NCBI RefSeq assembly: GCF_001194135.2
Contig: NC_068986.1
Span: 26,260,970-26,324,526 of the forward strand
DNA from: Octopus bimaculoides
Taxonomy: Eukaryota
Direction: 5' to 3'
Length of the DNA stretch: 63,557 nt
Shown: positions 57,086-63,557 of the stretch, piece after piece
Layout of the letters: each line of letters starts with the position of its first letter
How positions within the stretch are numbered: the first letter of the stretch is position 1
The notes under the pieces: model-generated
Told to the model about the DNA's origin: nothing
The model's input: only the letters and a program-made list of their open reading frames with translations
Database searches by the model: none
Made by a program: the position numbers and the translations under genes

Positions 57086-57943
57086 TCATACATAGAAAAA
57101 TAGTTTTATATAATGCATCTTTTAATCATCTGTGTGATGTTCTAAACTATTTAAAACACAGCACAGTAAGAACAATCTCTTAATGTTGAATTTCATTAAA
57201 GTAAACCACAATCAATATTCATCCCTTTGCAGCTCCTACTGAGCATTCTCTCTCTCTCTCTCTCCTAAATGTGAGTAGCCATGTAGCTCCTCTACAAGAA
57301 CTTGCCTGCCTCACCCCTACCTCATTTCTCCTACTTGATTTAACTCCTCGTCTGCTACCATAGAAACTGCCCCTGCCTTAGGTTTTGTAGGTTTGTGAGC
57401 TGTCTGGCAACTGCACTAATGCTGGTGACATGAAAAAAAGCACCCAGTGCATGCTATAAAGTGGATGGTGCTAGGAAGAGCATCTGCCATAGAAGCCATG
57501 CCAAAGCAGGCACTGGAGCATGATGCAGTCCTTGGACCCATTGGATCCTGTCAAATTGTTCAACTTATACTAGCATGAAACATAGAAATTAAATGATGAT
57601 GATGATGATAAACCACATTGCATGTTAACAGCTTCAATTCTTCCTTATTTTCATTGATATTCCATTTGTTAGCCCAAATAAAGACAATCTCTTGTGTCAC
57701 AAATGGTCTCAAAATTCAAAACTCTTGAAGCAAATTTCAACTACAACCATAGAACTCATGGTTATTTCCAAGTTTTCCAGCTGTTATTCTACTTCTAGTA
57801 TCAAATTAATCTTAAAGATCAGGCCAGAAAACACTACCAGCTTCACATATACTTTTGTCTCAAAATATATGGTCTAAGACTTTACAAGATAACCAAATAC
57901 ATTACTTCTAAAATTTAGAATGGGGTTCCAAACATCAAATATA

Positions 57944-58148
57944 TACAGTAATCCCTCAACTATCGCAGGTGTTATGTTTCAGAATCCCCCACGATAGGTA
58001 AAACAGTACTGTACATTTCTAAAAATTATTTTATAATTTGTATATATTTATTTTATTATAAATGCAAAACAACAGCATGGAGGAATTGACGTAAGCTTAA
58101 ATAATAAACTGCAATAGCTGAAGTGCAATATGGTGAGGGATTATTATA
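57944..58148. mobile_element. pogo/Tigger-type MITE
   Basis: Ends TACAGTAATCCCTCA / TATAATAATCCCTCA (reverse complement), TA termini, CAGT start typical of pogo/Tigger. Confidence 0.7.
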
Positions 58149-58295
58149 AATGGTAAAATGCTAGGGGATTTTTTTCATCTAAAAACAATAACCTCATAGT
58201 TCATGCAAAACACTGTGAAAAATTTGTTTCAAATTACAGAACTTGATAAACCATCAGACATATCTCCATCAGACATATCTGTAACATTTAGAAAC

Positions 58296-58525
58296 TGAAC
58301 CCTTAGGATATCAACCTGGCTGAAACCACCTCTGGCTCTGTAGTACAAATGTCTTATTTTCAAAAGTTCTGAATTAAAATCTTCCACCAAACCTTAGTCC
58401 CAATTTATGTTCCTAGCACTAGCTTAATTATAACTAAGTTATTTTACTAAATTCTTTGTTATATTTTAAATTAATTGAAAGAAACATAGAGCATCTCAAC
58501 AAAAATATGATAACAAAAGGGTTAA
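58296..58525 (+). mobile_element. TTAA-type (piggyBac-like) MITE
   Basis: TGAA-CCCTT ... AAGGG-TTAA termini. The body resembles a repeat I recall as abundant in Octopus. Confidence 0.65.
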
Positions 58526-59484
58526 ATCATCAATTTAAATGAAATAAACATTCACATAATTTGCTAATCAAAGGCACTGGCATGGCCAAGTAGTTATGAA
58601 GCTCACTTTGCAACCACATGGCTTTGGTTCAGTCCCATTGCACTGCACCTAGGGCAAGTGTTTTCTACTATAGTCTCAGATCAACCAATGCCTTGTGAGT
58701 GAATTTGGTCTTTATATATATATTATGTAAGTGTGCTTTGGTGTTAATTCCTGCACCACAGCTTGATAACTAGCATTGGTTTGCTAATTTAGCAGCTTGG
58801 CAAAAGAGACCAATAGAATAAAAAGAAATTACTGGGGTTGGTTTCTTTGACAACATCTCTCAAGGTAGTACCCCCAGCATTGCTGCAGACCAATGATTGA
58901 AACAAGATAAAAGATAAAAATCATACATAAAATCCAAACAAAATCCAGTGAGGTAGATATGTATTTTATTACCTACCTCTATGCTCTGCAGATTCTAAGG
59001 TAATGCTTCTCAACAAAACCAACAAATTGGAAATTCTAATAGTACAATAAGTGCAGCACACCCGTTATCTAGCTAATTATCTCATGTCGAGTATAGAAAT
59101 ATGAATTAATAGCAAAATTTAACCAAGTAAAATTGTATTCTTTATCAAAAGAAAAGAATACAATGAAAGCTAAATACAATATCAGAATGAAGTAAATTAT
59201 CAAAAAAGAAGACCATTACCTTTTCTCAATTAGCTGTATAATCATGCTAGTGAGCTCACCACCTCATTACACATCAAATCCTGAATAAATACACAATTGT
59301 CATTAAGATATCAATAATACATCTTTTAAACAAGTATATATAAATATACCACAAGGCGTTTTTGACACCCTTGTAAAATCTTTAGTATTAAATGGAATAC
59401 CATCATTTCAAATAGATGTAAAAGATAAGTCCCAACATCTTAATTAAGTCAACATTTGCAAATGATTCTATAATAGCTTGACTA

Positions 59485-59897
59485 TCATTATCATCATCAT
59501 CATCATCCTGTTAATGTTCATTATTCCATGCTTACATGGGTCAGATAGAGTTTATTGAGGCAGATTTTCTACAACCAGATAGCGTTCCTGTCACCAATCC
59601 TCACTTGCTCCCAAGCAAGGAAATATTTCCTCATAGTCAGACGTGTTTGTGCAGAATATTGGAAATGAATTATGGTGATACACATTTACAACTATCATGT
59701 GATGTCAAGGCAAGGAGACACAAACATACACATACACACGCAATGCCTCTTTTCAGTTTATATCATCCAAATCCACTCATAAAGCTTTGATCAGCCCAGA
59801 ACTATAGATGAAGATACTTTCTCAAGGCCCTATGCAATGGGACTGAACCTGAAACCAAGTGTTTGGGAAGCAAACTTCCTAACCACACAGCCATGCT
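59485..59897 (-). mobile_element. Near full-length tRNA-derived SINE
   Basis: Reverse complement of the same head/core/tail organisation as 26150-26607, with an (ATC)n tail. Confidence 0.8.
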
Positions 59898-61559
59898 TGT
59901 GCCAATAAAGCCTGTAAAGCATTTCCCACCTTTTACAACATCTTTAAGCAGATGCCAACAAGTCAGAGAAAGTGGAATCTACATCTTCTAGTTTCCAAAC
60001 CACAGAAAACCTTAAGTGAGTAACTGTAGCTCAAAAATAAAGTAATTTGGTTACATCATGAGTTTCATGTCTGTTTATTTTAAATACATAAGTATGACGA
60101 ATAGATTTTGATATCTTAGGGAAAATTTGTCTTAAATTATTTTCAAATTTGTGAATCAAGTCATAATTTTGAGCATAATGACAAAATGGTAATGATGAAT
60201 CAACATATACTGTAATATGAAAATGATTAAAATCATAAAAGATATAAAGTTAAAAATATGCATTTACAAGCAACAATCAATATTTGAAGTGTCTGAATAC
60301 AAACACTTCCCAAAACTAGTATTAGTTTGTTCTGCCAAATACTAAAAGATCCTTTCCAATATATATCTTTTTCAGTGTAATCAACAACAAAAAAAAGGAC
60401 ACTGGAAACTGATAGCAAACCATAAATGACATCTGAGAAAATGCTTGGTTAGTATTTGTAATGCTAACCAAACATTTTAAAGAACATCTGGGAATGTGTC
60501 ACTATATAATGCATAACATTCATGAAAACTACATATTTGGCATTACACAGAGTACGCCCACTGACATACATCACAGGCAACATATAAACAAAGCAATGAA
60601 TCAAAGTGCCTCACATACTGCACCCTAGACAATAAACACATGTCAATAGAGCATATTAAGGCCAATCAGATATAGATCTATAGGTTGCACCTAATTGTGT
60701 TGTCCAACTGACTACTTATGTGCATTAGGTCTGTTCCATTAGCGCAGATCACATCTAAACAAAAAACAAAACAAACTAAATATTGTACACCCATGACAAA
60801 ACCAAAATAGAAAAAGCATGATACTAATATACAGATATGTCCATTGAGTCCAATATAGGATGCCAAACATCTCCAATGCATATTGTTCCATGCTTTCTCT
60901 GCTAGTACTGTGCTTTACTTCTGACCAATCAGAGACAGCTGAGTAGGTGAATGAAACCTTCTTGGGAACCAAAACACAGAGCCCCAAATCACAATTGCTC
61001 TATAGCAAATTAAGTATAGAACAAAGCCCACAATACATCAAGAAAATTTAGAATTTAGACAGCTTTGAGCTATTAAGGTTGTTTGACCTGCTAAAAATAT
61101 CAGCCTAATCTCTCTCAAAATCACATCCAACCATCTCAACCTTTATTGCATGGGAATCAAGTATATTTAGTTCCATGCATGTGCACTTAAGACATGGAAA
61201 CTGAGTTAAATTGTTTTTGATAATGGAGTACTTTCCAGAATTCTCCACATTTCATATGACATAGTACACACATTTCATTTGTACTGGCCAACAGAAAGCG
61301 GTTGTGAAACCTGATTTGCATATGATTAACATATCACATCTGCATGTTAGTACACAAAAATTTAATCAGTGCCATGAGGGTTAAAAAAAGAATACATTGA
61401 CAAATGTAGTCCAGGGTTCCCTGCACATAGGTAAAAGACAGAGTGGTCATGGTTAGAATATCTTTCATTACAGTTTTGTTTGATGAAGATTGATTTTGGG
61501 TTAAACAACATCAGAATATTCAGCACTGCATTTAACGCATAACCATCATCCAAAATTCA

Positions 61560-62710
61560 AAGAGTGTCTTTGTATATTACACAACCTGAAAACTCTTCCC
61601 ACCTCCTAAACTTCAATCAATTCCTTTGGTTCCTTACCAAATATATTTCTACCAGTATGGTGGAAGCTTTCTTTCCTCCACTTCTCAAACATGATGGTTC
61701 TGTAACCAACACACCTTAGAAGAAAAAAGTCTCCACATTTCTTGCCCAAACTGCATTATATTCCTCACAAGACATAAGGTATATCTCTTCAAAAAGTTAT
61801 CCCTTTTCATTTCATCAAGCTCATTCACTATAAACACATACATTCTAAGTGCAAAACAACTTCTGATTGCTTCAAATCAACATGACCACAAGCCCTGACA
61901 ATGTCCAATTCATCTCAGTGTGCCCTGGGACTAGCCCCAATCCTTGTTAAACTTTTCACTTTCTCAATCCCACCCACCCTCAACATGAACTGTATGCAAT
62001 TCAAACCCTCAAAGTCACTACAAATTTCAGGTTCCATCACCACTAAGGATCTTCTTTCATAAAAGATGCACATTCTCAAAATGGCAAAGACTAAATCCCA
62101 AATGCATGCCTTCCTCTTCAGAGCCCAAAAATATTTTAGTCCCTAACCCCAAAGCTTAGTGAAATCCACAATGGAGTACTGCTCTGCATCTGGAATGGTA
62201 TAGCTTATATATATACACACACACACACATACATGTCACACCTATGTTAAACGACGATGATGATATATATGTCTGTATATATATCCTGGTTCATATCAAA
62301 GATGAAAGGCCACTCGATTGATTGGCATAAATACACCCAAATCTTTGGCCTTTTCTATTACAACTAAAATCTCTGCCTTTTCTATCACAACTACAACTGT
62401 CTCTACTCGCAAAAGCTGCCAAATCTCAACCTACCTCCACTCATATATACACTCAACACATCTCTCCTCCTCTGGCCATCTCCACTCTCCAAACACACCA
62501 TACGAACCCCTATTCCTAATCCATGTTCCCCAGAATGTCATCCCTCTGGAATCTCCTCCTTGCCCACGGTATTCCTGAAGCCACCAACTTGCAGCTAATG
62601 AAGAGTAACATAAACCAACAATTCTATACATTACTACAATAGCACCCTAGCAGTATTATACTCCCTCTTTCTCCAATCCCTGCTGATTTCACAAACTACA
62701 ATGTATTGAT
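61560..62710 (+). mobile_element. CR1/L2-like LINE fragments interrupted by microsatellite
   Basis: Pyrimidine-rich plus strand with AFLFRAQKYFS, ..MEYCS.IW and LIGIN-type remnants matching the 640-1290 family. Confidence 0.55.
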
Positions 62711-62769
62711 ACACTATTACATTATCAAAGTCTACTCAAATTGGATAGGCGACAAGATTTTGCCCCTCT

Positions 62770-62815
<46 letters not shown>

Positions 62816-63515
62816 GTGTGTGTTTGTGTGTTACTGAATACATTACAGAACTGGTGTATGCAATGTTGACCAGGAAACACCATCCTACTTCAGCAAGTTA
62901 GATTTTGACAAGCTATTGATTATCCCCCATGAACAAATATTTATTCAACCTGGACAAATATCGTTTATGAATACCTGCATAATGATTGATGTTTCTGAAA
63001 AATACAAAACTGTCATATGAATTATAGGGTTAAATATCTTATAGCTAGAATCCCATATTAAAGCTTACCATATAAATATGCTCATTACATTGAACTAACT
63101 AAAGCAAGTAGATATTTTTCAGCTAGAAGAACTGAAGTAGTTTTTAAAAGCATAACTTTTACATTGTCTGTTTAAAACTGTTGTACCTTAATCTGTTACA
63201 CTTTAATTCAAAACATTAAGAGTCTGATAAATTCAATTGTGCCAAGAGTATACAATCTAATATTTCATGCCCTTCTCTTTGTCCAAGAAAGTGGTGTTGT
63301 CCACAAACTAAATGGCAATATTAACTACCTCACTCTAAGACAAACAGCAATATTCTACACTCCTCATGGCAGCTTCCCAGTTATTCTGGCTACAGCCCAC
63401 TTGACCTGACTGCAACCTATCAGCAATGCAGTTTATTTTGCTGTAGTCCACTGAACTGTAATAAGGTTCCAAGTTTATTACAGAAGTAGAAAATATTGTG
63501 TGTGCGTGTGTGTGT

Positions 63516-63557
<42 letters not shown>

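Overview
AT-rich animal genomic scaffold with three 10-N gaps. The tRNA-derived SINEs, RTE LINEs and TTAA/TA MITEs look like those I recognise from Octopus (coleoid cephalopod); this is an inference. There are three protein-coding loci. (1) A minus-strand 1.75 kb first coding exon (17872-19625) of a probable Mint/X11/LIN-10 (APBA) adaptor, ending in a CASK-binding-type motif EEPVWIKR; its other coding exons appear to lie left of the window. (2) A complete 15-exon eEF2 gene on the plus strand (39570-47376, 836 aa), with a TCT/5'TOP promoter and an ATG-only exon 1. (3) A complete four-coding-exon atypical MAP kinase of the ERK3/ERK4 (MAPK6/MAPK4) type on the minus strand (47890-51588, 619 aa), tail-to-tail with eEF2. 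The rest is TE-rich intron or intergenic DNA: two mariner copies, several MITEs and foldbacks, RTE, CR1/L2-like and R4/Dong-like LINE remnants, and many SINEs. Most interesting points: the kinase activation segment mixes atypical and conventional features (T-D-Q instead of SEG/TEY, SPE instead of SPR) while keeping an MK5-docking-like FFIEHE motif; the APBA-EEF2-MAPK4/6 neighbourhood matches a vertebrate paralogon; eEF2 has a 6-aa deletion near its C-terminus; and an approximately 7 kb CpG-retaining domain covers the divergent promoters and contains a 218-bp foldback. No CRISPR, rRNA, true tRNA or prokaryote-type system is supported.
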